Shown: piece after piece, positions 25,218-35,904 of the stretch
Numbering within the stretch: the first letter of the stretch is position 1
How the letters are laid out: each line of letters starts with the position of its first letter
Assembly: GCA_009602725.1 (NCBI GenBank)
Contig: WELB01000016.1
Span: 76,192-112,460 of the forward strand
Source: Spirogloea muscicola
Lineage: Eukaryota
Direction of reading: 5' to 3'
Length of the DNA stretch: 36,269 nucleotides
Made by a program: the position numbers and the translations under genes
Notes under the pieces: generated by a model
What the model was told of the DNA's origin: nothing
Database searches by the model: none
Seen by the model: the letters and a program-made list of their open reading frames with translations, nothing else

Positions 25218-26019
25218 CTACCAAGTATCCTGGGCGCGTGTGCTCCTTGCGTGTAGCATGAATAGGATTGGGCCTTCCTGCGTCGGGGTGCAAGTATGAA
25301 TTCCTTGAAGTCTTGCACCTTGCTTGTTTCATGCCATTCAGGCAACCAGTAGTTCAATAGCAGCCACACAAGTCTCTGCCGGGTGAATTTTCAGCCCAGG
25401 CAGCCGACCGTGCTCAACAGGTGCACATTGAGCAATTTGCAATGTGCAGGAGGTGATGCAGGCCTAATACAAAAGCCAGAGACGAAGCTCAGCCCAAGCT
25501 CGCCGCGTTTGGGCACAAGAGGTTAGCAGTAGGGACGATCGAGGCTACTGGAACACTAGTAGGGTGAGGATGAGTCCAAGGACTTAGCTGGTGAGGCTAC
25601 CTAGTCACTGCTCCACTGACCGTCAGCACATTTAGGATGAATGGCCAGCCGTACTCCAAAGGCCTGTTGTAAGAAGAATAAAGACTCTTCCAGTATAGGC
25701 TGATGGCTGTGACTGGCCAGCTCAGAACAAGAATAAACAAAGATTGGTTGGGGTAAGGGCTTGGTTCTATGGGTGGGGGTTCGTGTATAGGTCGTTGAGT
25801 TTCTGCACCATGTCGCATGGCTGCTGGGGCCCCAACTTTTTGTGGCATAAGCTCTGATCCCAACGGGATCTCAGAACTAGCAGCCCAAGCGGGGACATCC
25901 TTCTAACATTTGTGGGCTGGCTTTCCACAGCCGCTCCTATTTGGGCTGACCTCTCACAGCCCTCGCCGTACTTCGGGAGAAAGTGCTGTTCCTCTTTCCA
26001 CAGCGCTCGCCTCCTTTGG

Positions 26020-26910
26020 CCACCCATCGCCTGTTGGGTCTTCCCCCGCCCTGTCTGCTTGGCGTGCTGCAGTGTGAGTGTGGGGAGCGGTCGACGGACC
26101 CGGCGGAGCTAGCGGCGCATATCCTCCGCTGCGCCACTGGCGGCGAGCGCACAGCCGCTCACGACCTCCTCCGCGACGCAATGTTCGGCATCTTCCAGGA
26201 GGCCGGATACACAGTTGCGATAGAGAATACGTCGGTCATGCCCATCCTCCAGAGGGCCGACGGACTCCACACGCGCCGCGTCGACCTGGTGGCGTCCACG
26301 ACGGACGGTGGCGGGCGCATCATTGCCGATGTGGTCACAACTGATGTGGTCGACCGCTCCAACCCGGGGCTTTCTGCCTCGCGGGCTGGCCACGCTGCGG
26401 CGAAGGCTGCTCGCAGCAAGGCAGCCAAACACGCCGACCACCCGGCTGCCGATGAGTTCGTCCCCCTGGCTGTGGACGTGCACGGGGCTCTCGGATCCCA
26501 CTGGCTCGACCTGTTGGCCAGGCTTGCACGGCGCGCTGTGTCCCGCAGGCGTGGTGAGCCGGCTGACTTCAACGCCGCTGGCTCGTGGGCTCAGGTGTAT
26601 CGTATGCGCCTGTCCGTCTCCCTCCAGCGGTCCATGGCCCACGCCTCACGCCTTGCATCTGCGTGCTGGCCGTGCTCTCGCTGCGGCCTCCGGCTTTCGT
26701 CAGGGGGATAGTTTTCCGGCAGCTAGTCTGTCGGATGGGAGGCTCCTTACTCGTAAGTACTGAGTGGTCCATCCTCCCCCCTTCTGCCATAGCCTCTTCA
26801 GGCCCCACAGTCGCTGCTTAGCTCGTAGTTTGGCCGCTTCGAACCTTGTCAATTCTTTTCGGGCTGGCTTCTCACAGCCCTTGCCCCCATTTGGAGAGCC
26901 ACTTCTTCTT
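26020..26910 (+). mobile_element. 5'-truncated CRE-like non-LTR retrotransposon, family A: zinc knuckle, RLE domain and 3' UTR
   Basis: RLLGLP, CECG-x11-H-x3-C, GGERTAAHD (RHD-like), RRVDL (RPD-like), IIADV, KAAKH, FVPLAVDVHGALG, RLSVSLQR. A 7-nt duplication frameshifts the C-terminus (true stop 26761-26763). (CTT)n tail. TSD CTTTGG at 26014-26019 and 26911-26916. Confidence 0.9.
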
Positions 26911-26916
26911 CTTTGG

Positions 26917-27330
26917 AAGTCCATTTCTTTGGACTGTCCTCTCACACACAGCCTTTGCTTTGTGCTGGAAGAGCTGTTTCATTGAAACTACTTCTTGCAC
27001 TGAAAGAGCTCTCCCTTGGAGGGGCTGCACTGCGAAACTAAGCTCATCAATATAGCGATTGCATGTTAACAGCTCTTCCAATGCACGGCAATGGCTGTGA
27101 GAGGCCAGCCCAAAGTATTGTGCTTCTTCCAAAGTGGGCGGGGGCTGTGAAAGAAATTGCTCGCCACCAGAGGGTAGGGGCTGGGAAAGGCCAGCCCAAG
27201 AAGAAAACATTGCCTAAGGAATGTATGAGGTCTGAAAGGCCGGAAGGCGCAAAAAGCAGGATAAATCGCAAAAGGATTTTGTCCGGGCTGCTATACTGGA
27301 AGAGCTTTCCAGTATAGCAGCCGGATACGA
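26917..27330. repeat. Further element-tail copies and a 16-bp perfect inverted repeat
   Basis: Tails at 26935-26976 (+), 27070-27111 (-) and 27172-27205 (-). Inverted repeat ggctgctatactggaa (27286-27301) / ttccagtatagcagcc (27307-27322). Confidence 0.7.
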
Positions 27331-27620
27331 CAACGTCTGCACGAGGGTCCGGACAGGTGGCGGCAGGCGCGACGAGAGCGCCGCGCGTCGCGCCCGAAAG
27401 TGCGGGAAGCTGCCCAGGAGCTGGCACGCGTCTCGGGTCACATGGCCACGTGGCCAGGAAGCGCCGCCCCATACCCCCCCGGTAGCTGCCCGGCGCGCGG
27501 GGGCTGCCCGCGGGCAGCCGGGGGGGCCCGACTCCTCCTTCGGCCCGGCGGGCATGTGGTTTCGTTGGAAGGAAAGTGGCTCTCCCAAAAGAAGGAAAGG
27601 GGCTCTTCCAATGGCTCTTC

Positions 27621-27852
27621 GTGCTCTCGCTGCGGCCTCCGGCTTTCGTCAGGGGGATAGTTTACCGGCAGCTAGTCTGTCGGATGTGAGGCTCCTCACT
27701 CGTAACTACTAAGTGGTCCATCCTCCCCCGTTCTGCCATAGCCTCTTCAGGCCCCGCAGTCGCTGCTTAGCTCGTAGTTTGGCCCCTTCGAATCTTGTCA
27801 ATTCTTTTCGGGCTGGCTTCTCACAGCCCTTGCCCCCTTTGGGAGAGCCACT
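27621..27852 (+). mobile_element. Second 5'-truncated family A copy
   Basis: Direct repeat of ~26672-26903 with scattered substitutions (ALAAASGFRQGDSLPAASLSDVRLLTRNY-TAA). TSD TCTTC at 27616-27620 and 27853-27857, inside an antiparallel tail. Confidence 0.9.
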
Positions 27853-28078
27853 TCTTCCAATGGGGGCAAGGGCTGTGAGACGCCAGCCCAAAGAGAAACC
27901 CCAGAGGGGCAAGCGCTGTGAAGCCGTGCATTCTGTGTTCTATTTTGGCGCTTTCCGGCCCTTTTCGGACCTCGTGCATTGATCTTCTTGGGCTGGCCTC
28001 TTCCGGCCATCTCTTTGTTCGGGCCTGACTCTCGCCGTCGCGAAAGCATGGGTTTCGGATCTCTCCCTCTCGCCAGGC

Positions 28079-31000
28079 ATGGAGGAGCTGTCCGTCTCGT
28101 TCCGCAAGGGAAGGGACTTGAGCTCGGGCGAGCCGGTGGGCCGTGGGAGAGCCGAGCGGCTGCCCGCGGCGGCGCCCGACGACGACCGGGTCCACACGGC
28201 CGGGCAGGGGCCGCGGAAAGCTGCGCCGGCGGTTGCCGCGCCAGCCGACGTATCGTGGCCGCGGCGGCGGGCCGCGTTTCGCAGGTGGGCCGCTTTTTGC
28301 CGCCCTCGCTTGCCGGCAGGGCCCGGTGGGTCCCCCGCCCCTCCCCCCCCCCGGAATGCGGCCATTCCAAGTCCCCCCCTGGACCCGCCTCGGCCGCGCC
28401 CGCCGCCGCCGCCGCNCCGCGTCACCGCCTGGCCGCTGGCCTGGCACGCCGCCGCCGTCATGCTGCTCCTGCTCGCCGCCCGGGGCGGCGCGCAGGCCGC
28501 CGCCGCATTCCTCCTCGGCCTCGCCTACCTGGCGCAGGTGCGCGCCACCGCCGTGGCCCCCAGGAGCTCTGCCCTCGCTTGTGCTGCCTGCCGTCGCCTC
28601 TCCCGGCTGCCAGTCGAGCTCAGCTCAGCTCAGCTGAGGCTCAGCTGAGCCTCCGGCTGCGGCCGCGGCGGGTGGCCGTCGCAGCTGGACGACCGGCAGA
28701 AGGAGAAGCTGCGGCGCCGCATCCGCGCAGAGGAGAAGCGCGCCGCCGCTCAGAACAGGGTACGCCGCTGCCTGCCCCGCCAGCCATGGCTGCAGTGAGA
28801 GCTTTGGCCCGTTGGTCTGGCCTTTAGAGGTCGTCGCGCCGCCTCCCTCGAGGTGTTCCCGAGCCGAATTGGCGGCTCACGTGAAGCCGCGTCCAGAGCT
28901 GCGCCATGCAATTTCGTGCTGCTCACTGCTGCTGCCGCCGGCCTGCACTGACGGCGCCGCTGCCGTCCGCGCGCTCCGTGCAGCCGATGGCCGACACCGA
29001 GTCCGCGCAGTGGCTCAACACGATGCTGGAGCGCGTGTGGCCGATCGTGCTGGAGCGCTTCATCTCCGAGGAGCTGCTGCCCTCGCTCGCGCCGTGGTTC
29101 TTCGAGAAGAACAGGCCCTGGCACGTGGTGAGGCGTGCTCCTGTGGCTTGCGACGAACCTCGTCACATCTTCGGCAGCTCCTGCACACGAGTAAGGGGGC
29201 CTCGTTCTGCTCCGCCTCCCTGCACTGACCACCCAGCTGGCGGCTTGGCCTCGTCGTCACGCTCGCAGAAGAAGGTGCTGCTGAAGAAGCTGCACATGGG
29301 CAGCAGCCCCCCATATGTCGCGGCGGCGCGCGTCTACTCGTGCCCGCAGCAGGACGACCACGCTGTGCTGGAGCTGGCCGGCGAATTTGTGGCCTCGCAC
29401 GACATGAGCGCCATCATTTCGTCTAAGGCCCGCTACGTTGGCATGTGGACGACGTTCCACGTCACCAACGTGCACTTGGAGGGCAAGGTTGACCTGCTAG
29501 GCGTTGCCACCCGCATGCATCCACGACATCCTTGACAGGACCTGAAACCATCTCAGGGAGGTCAAGTGCATTCTTGCCTTGACGTTGTGGACCACCGTGT
29601 GTCGTTCCGCAGCTTCGCATTGGGCTCAAGTTCGTGTCCGGGTGGCCCTACATCTCGCGCGCACGCCTGAGCTTTGCGGGCGCTCCTTATGTGTCCCTCA
29701 TGGTTCGGCCCTTGGCCAGCCACGGCATCGACGTCTCCGACCTCCCTGGCGTTGCCGGTTGGCTGGTGTGCTGTGGGCTCTGCCTACTTTTGTTCTGCGT
29801 GTTGACGAACTCGATGCGAAATGGAACGGGTTTGCCGCAGCCGATTAGTGGCGGGTAAAGCTTGGCTTACAATGCATGTTGTCAGGCACTGCCTACTGAG
29901 ACCTGCCCCAGTTTGCAGTGCTGCCAGCTTTCTCTTGTGCTCACGTTGCTCCCTATTTCTCGCTGCTTGCCAGGATCGCCTGCTGGCAACTGCACTAGAG
30001 ACATCACTTGTGGAGCCAAACATGCTCGTGATTGATGTGCAACGGCTTGTCGGCCGCTACATGACGACCACGACAGATGAGCCTCGTCCCAGTGGTGCAG
30101 CCTGCTGCCCTCTCTTCAGAGACTCTATACGGGCTTTCTTCTTTTGAAGTGCATCACTACTGCAGTGCAGAGTCAAAGTGAGCATGAGCTCAGGGCCGTG
30201 CAGACGCCTTAATATGGGGAGGGCTTGCAGTACAGATGAGATTCTGATGTGACAATCAAGCCTCAGCAAGGAACTGTAAGTCATTGTGTGGCAGGGAACT
30301 TCTTTCACGTGGAAGAGAGGGAGGCAGTGGCCGAGCTCCTTGTGGAGGTCATTGAAGCCACAAACCTCAAAATCTCTGATGCCAATGGTAGGTACTCAGC
30401 TTGGAGTTCCTTATTCCCACCATGCTCTTTGCGCTATTGTTCTACTCTCTATGCAGATTCTTTGTGCATTTCATGCATTGCCTTCACCTTTGATGCCTGC
30501 AAGGTGAAGCTCAGCAAGTTGTAGCTACAGTCCTCGTAGGGAAAGTCAATGCTGTGATCTTTGGCCACTGACCTCGACTTCATGCATAATGGGCTTGGGC
30601 TTGCTGCGGCCTGGCACACTTGACTTGTAACACTTCACATGGTGCAGGCTTCTCGGACCCGTTTGTCAAGGGTGCGCTGGGCGGGGCACGCTTCAAGTCA
30701 GCTGTCAAGTACAAGACGTTGAACCCCAAGTGGTATGAGGAGTTTCGCGTACCTTTGGCCACCTGGGACCTGCCCAACCTGCTCATTCTCCGCGTGCGAG
30801 ACAAGGACCCCGTCCACTTTGAAGAGCTTGGGTGCGTGTCATCACACAAACCCTCACTGAAGTGATCAAATTGTTGCTGCCTTGTCGTTGCAGTGATTCC
30901 TTCCATAACGTCTTTGTCCTCCTGCAATGCTGAACAGGTACTGTGTGATCGACCTGGCACATCTGCGGGGAGGCCAGCGGCACGATCTATGGCTGCCGCT

Positions 31001-32681
31001 CCAGGGCGCCAAGACCGGCCGCCTGCACCTTGCCATCACGGTCCACGATCACGCTCACACACGTGCTACTCCGCCGTCGTGCCCCGTGGCGGGCTCGCCC
31101 TTGGTGCCAGACTCTGCGGCCCAAGCAGCAGCTCCTCCATCGCCGCTGATGGGCTTGCGAGACCAGGAGGATGCCGGTGTTGACACGGTTGCGCCAACGC
31201 AAATTACGCCTGCAGTGTCGCCCCCTCGTGGAGGCGTGAGCAGTAGTGATGTTGTCAGGGGCGTGGCTGAGGACCTTGGAGCAGCTCAAAGAGCAGCTAC
31301 TTGTGGTCAAGCGGGCCAGCAGCAGCACACAGATTCAGCGGAGGTGGCCCACGAGGAAGCCTCAGTTGAACCAGTCCCCAAGGTGGATGAGACGGTGACG
31401 GTCAATGTTGGCTTTGGCGACCCAGGTGCCGTGGCGGTTGTCAAGCCCGGCAGCCGAGTCTTCGAGGAGGGCTGGAAGAATCGGGGTGGCGGGCGACGTG
31501 GCGAGGCGGCGGTGAAGGCGGCGTACCTGGACGGCGAGGGGCTGTACGACCGAGCACTTGCGGGTCTGGCCGGCGGTAGCATGGACACCATGGGCGTTCC
31601 CTACACCTGGCGTGGCGAGGAGGGCTCCATGCCGCCCAACTTCGACTCTGACGACGAAGCGGACGGGCAGGCAGGCGCGAGGAAGCAGGGCGGCAGCGCG
31701 CCTAGGAGCGAGGGCGGCGGCGGCAGGGGCGGCAGCGGCGGGGGCTTCCTGGGCCTGCCATGGGGAAAGAAGCGGCTGCAGAGGAAGATGGAGAGGAGGC
31801 AAGAGGAGGAGCAGGCGGCAGCCGAGGCCGCTGCTGGCGGCAGCGAGGAGGAGGCGCAGCAGCAGGAGCGCGAGGTGACGCGGCAGGACCAGGCGAGGAG
31901 GGAGATGGCGGAGAGCGAGAAGGAGCTGGCGCGGCTGCGGCAGGAGGGGGAGTCAAACGATAGCCGCCAGAGTGCCGGTAGCGCAAGCAGCAGCACCTCG
32001 TCACCGGCAGAGAAGGGCGGGGAGGTGCTGCGACGTCGGCACAGAAGGGCGCCCCCCGCCGAGCAGCAGCAGCGGCTGCAGACAATGCGGCCGTACTTTG
32101 AGACACTGCAGCGGGCCAACACAGAGCTCTTCGGACCTCTCAACTCTCACAGTGGCACAGGTGCATCCTCCAACGAGGAGCAGTTTGATGGCGCGGATGC
32201 CAGGAGAGTGGTGCAAGCACAGCGCGCCAGTGAGGGCCTGCCACAGCCCACTACCGTCTTCACGGAGCGGTCATTGGGAAGTGGCGGCGGCTACATTCCA
32301 GTTACTGGAGGTGGGAAGCTGGATGGCACAGTGCTGCCGTCAGAGGTGCCCACAAGGAGGCCGCCCGTCGTACCCGACGCTGGCAGGTCTGGTGGCCAGC
32401 CAGCTTACTTGGACGGAGACTCATCAGCAGAGTCAAGCTCGGATGGTGCGCCGTCAGGGCAGCCCAGTACGGGCGAGACAATGACATTGGTCAAGATTGC
32501 AGCCAAGGGCCTCCTGCGCAAGGGCCAAAGGAAGGCGGGCCGTGTCGGCAAGGCCCTCAAGGAGACAGTGGGTGCAGCGACTGGCCACGGTAAGACCGAG
32601 GCCGGTAGGATAAGCCCCACATCTGTGACTCGTTCAGATTACGGCTGCGAAGTTAGCAACAACAGTAATGTCAGGAAGTAG
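28079..32681 (+). CDS. NTMC2T6: N-terminal transmembrane SMP-C2 protein (synaptotagmin-like, NTMC2 type 6)
   Basis: TM segment, then DTESAQWLNTMLERVWP, PWFFEKNRPW, HMGSSPP, GMWTTFHVTNVHLEGK, HGIDVSDLPGVAGWLDRLL...LVEPNMLVID (SMP), and VEVIEATNLK.SDANGFSDPFVKG...KTLNPKWYEEF...LRGGQRHDLWLPLQGAKTGRLHLAITV (C2). Nine GT-AG exons and a long disordered tail. Confidence 0.92.
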
Positions 32682-33564
32682 TGACAACCATGGGACAGCA
32701 ACTCTTTTGGAGAAGCATGTGAGTCGATAAGCTCAATGCTCAGAAGGTGTGTGCTGATGATGACCGTTCGTGTACCAAGGCATCGTACTTCGTACATCAG
32801 ACCATCCTGTTGAAGCTACCCTTCTTCAATACACCTAAATTGTGACCAGCGAAGAGTGGACTTGCCTATCTTAGTGAGGTGATGTAGAGCAGTGAGAGAA
32901 ACAAGAAGAAATGCAACGGAGTCTACTGGTCTGGCATGCATTCTACATGACCAAATATTGAAATTGAGCATTGGCCCAGATCACACGACTTCAATGTATT
33001 ATTGGTGTTGTGCTCAGTGCTTGACATCTCAGGTGGACTTTTCCACAGGGATAGCACTTGAAGCATTTGTTACTAGTAGCTGGTGCTCATTGGCCCCGCT
33101 ATTAAACAATCTATTGCTTCAACAGCGTCAAGATGGTGACTGATACTACCACACTGGTTGACCGGGCGCCTTGCCAGGGATGCCAGGCAACTTGCAGCAC
33201 GAGAAACATAGTGAGGGAGAGTGATGGTGCGTATGGCTGAGCATAAAGAAGACGAGGAGAAAGGATGGAGGGAGATGAGGTAGTACGGCAGAGGAAAAGG
33301 TGGAGGCTTAAAGTCCCTAGCACCAGCGCATCCTTGCGGCAGTTACGCCCAGGGTCTGTCTGCTGAGCTTCTATCTAGTAGACCCTAGCACGATGCACGC
33401 ACACAACCACACCAGAACCACTCAAGCGATGCCACTCGTGAACTCAGGCAGTGAGCTAAAGATAGATGTAGCTACTAAGTGGAGACGGCACACAGCAATC
33501 AGCAGCAGGTGCTCGTAGCCCAGTGACGCTGGATATTGCAGCAGCCTCAAAGCTGAACCCGGCA

Positions 33565-35904
33565 TCAACTCTGATAGAAGAGGGAGTTGGGGAGCTTCTT
33601 GTTCACTTGGCGGGCCGTCTCTTCGCACTTCCGCACAACACTCCTTGTGTTATGATAGGAATGGTCCAGGACGCCACGCGAGTGCATCTCCAGGTGGAGC
33701 ATGTGCAATCTCTGCAGAGGAGCAGGCACATTGCACGCAGCTTGATATTCAGAAACAAGGAGCCAGCTTATGTGCTGCGTAACCCCATGGAGTCTCAGCA
33801 TGTCCTATGGTTGATCTTGCCAAGTGAAAGTTGTTCTTCACCTCTGCGCATGCTCGGAGATGCTCAGCCTCGTAACCGGAGCACTCCTGCCAAGGCAAGA
33901 AAGGGAATCAGTACATGCCAAGACGATTGTGTTGCAAAATGCCTGCTCATACAACCGTAATGCACTCACAGCATAATACGCAACACCGACTGTGAGCTGC
34001 CTCGCACACCTTCATTGCAGCATTCCATGGCTTCTCATTGCACAAGTAGCCAGCCACGAGGATGGCAGACGCCGCAACCATGGATGGCTGGTGCTGCAGG
34101 ACGTCATAGTCGGACAATGACAGGCGAAGGAGAGTTCTTGACCGTTGCTCAATCTCGGCAGTGCAATCCAGCACCCTCAGGTATTGCCTGCAGGAGGAGA
34201 CGCCATGACAGCTGCGGTCGTCAGGGGCTTGCAGCAGCAGCGGCCACATGGGAAGCAAACAGGAGGATGGAAGCTACAACATCCGCCGCACTGCTCACGG
34301 ACCAAAGAAATGTGAGGCTCGTGGTTGTCAGGATGTCAAAGCGGAGCACTTCCAGCACTGATGCCTCCATGTCAACGACTTGCTGTATTGAGAAGGTGTG
34401 CTCCCCCAGCTCGCATGAGTCCCTAACAATCCTGGTCGGTAGGAGAAGCAGGTTGTGCAGCAGGACAGCGTCAGTCGGCAGCAAGTGTGTGCTTCGATGC
34501 TCAGAGCTCGAGACAGCCAGAGTGCCTAAGCACTGCAACACTACTGCCATCTCGCAATGTATGACACTCCCAGAAATATAGGCAGGGTCGCTGACCGGGA
34601 TATCTGGGTCTCCTGGAACTTGGCGGCAACGATGATGCTGGCGATGCCGAGCAGCTGCAGCATGCTCCGCCGAATCTTTGGGCCTTCGTGCAAGTAGCGG
34701 TCGAGCAGAGCCACGCCCAGGAACAGCGTCTCAGCCTCCAGCTTGAATTCCTGGGAGAACTGCTTGCATGCAAGGATTTCACAGCAGAATGTGAGCCAGA
34801 GGATGCAGAGGTCATTGGCAATGTGCTTCCACAGGAAGGGAGAGTGCAAATGTTGCATCAGCACAGCGCAGAGAGTGCCGAATGAGAAGCATATGGCATG
34901 CATTGTACCTCAAGCAGCCACTTGACCATGAGCCGGCGGTGCTCGGCTGTGAGATTGTGCTGCGTTGCGGCCAGGTAACCATACACAGCGCCACGCTTCT
35001 CCTCCTGCGCTCTCAGGGCTGCATGGATGTCCTCCTCGTAAACGCCGAATGCCTGCGCCCACACGCCATAAGCCAGAGCTTCAGCTGGGGACAGGGCAGC
35101 CTTGCCTCCAACAGAAGGCCTGGGACAGCAGGCACGTCATGGCTGCCATGGGTGCACATGAGCCGAGATGAGAAGTGGGCATGCTGTCAGGGATTCAGCT
35201 GCCGTTTGGATAGCCAAAGGCATTACCTGGGAGGAGGCCGTGGTCGGGCTGGCAGGCCACTTGAGGCTGTCCACCTGCTTCTCCCTATAGCACCCGGCTG
35301 CCACCGGCAGGTCGAGCGCCGGCAGCTCGGTCAAAGTGCCGGCTCTGCTCCTGATACCGGAGCTGTACGTGACGCAGCTGCCGACCGTGCTGACCACCGA
35401 CATGGGCCCGTGGTCTGGCCCGACATTGTCGTCGTCCTCCTCCCCCGTCGAGAGCTCCTCCTCGCAGCAGACCACGTCGTCGGTGGACGCAGCCAGGCTG
35501 CCCAGGTGCCCGTAGGAGCTTGCAGCGGACACGGAGGTCAGGCCGGACCTGTGGCTCGCCCCGGTCCACTGCGGCGTGTTCCAGGCTGCCACAGGCCTGG
35601 CCTTGCCTATCTCCTTGCCCTCAGGCCGCTTGCCAGCGGCCGCGGCTGCTCGGCTGGACAGCGAGCTCGAGATGGAGTAGATGGCGGAGGGGCCCTCGAA
35701 GACAGTCGCCGGCGTGGCAAAGCCAGCACCTTTGGCCGTCCACCTGGCGCGAGGTGCCTCCCGGTCGACGGGCCCGCGCGGCCGCTTGTCCGGCAGCGGG
35801 GGCAGCGGCGGCAGAACCAGGAGAGCGTCCGCCTTGCGCTTCTGGCTGCGAGTGCGCGGGAGCGGCGGCTCCGCCCCGGCCAGCAGGCCCCGCGCGGCCG
35901 CCAT
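33565..35904 (-). CDS. Cyclin, SDS (SOLO DANCERS)-like / A-type-related
   Basis: Exons 35904-35227, 35052-34909, 34759-34596, 34431-34303, 34187-34010, 33886-33842, 33711-33565 in phase. Cyclin box HRRLMVKWLLEFSQEFKLEAETLFLGVALLDRYL...LQLLGIASIIVAAKFQE, then MEASVLEVLRFD...FLWQYLR and PSMVAASAI. Confidence 0.9.

Noticed and set aside
26672..27856. LTR pair
   Set aside because: The direct repeats include the ORF C-terminus, lack TG..CA ends and a PBS, and each has its own TSD.
5600..28000. Hairpin repeats separated by variable sequence, read as a CRISPR-like array
   Set aside because: Spacing is irregular, both orientations occur, and there are no cas genes. The units are explained as retroelement 3' ends with TSDs.
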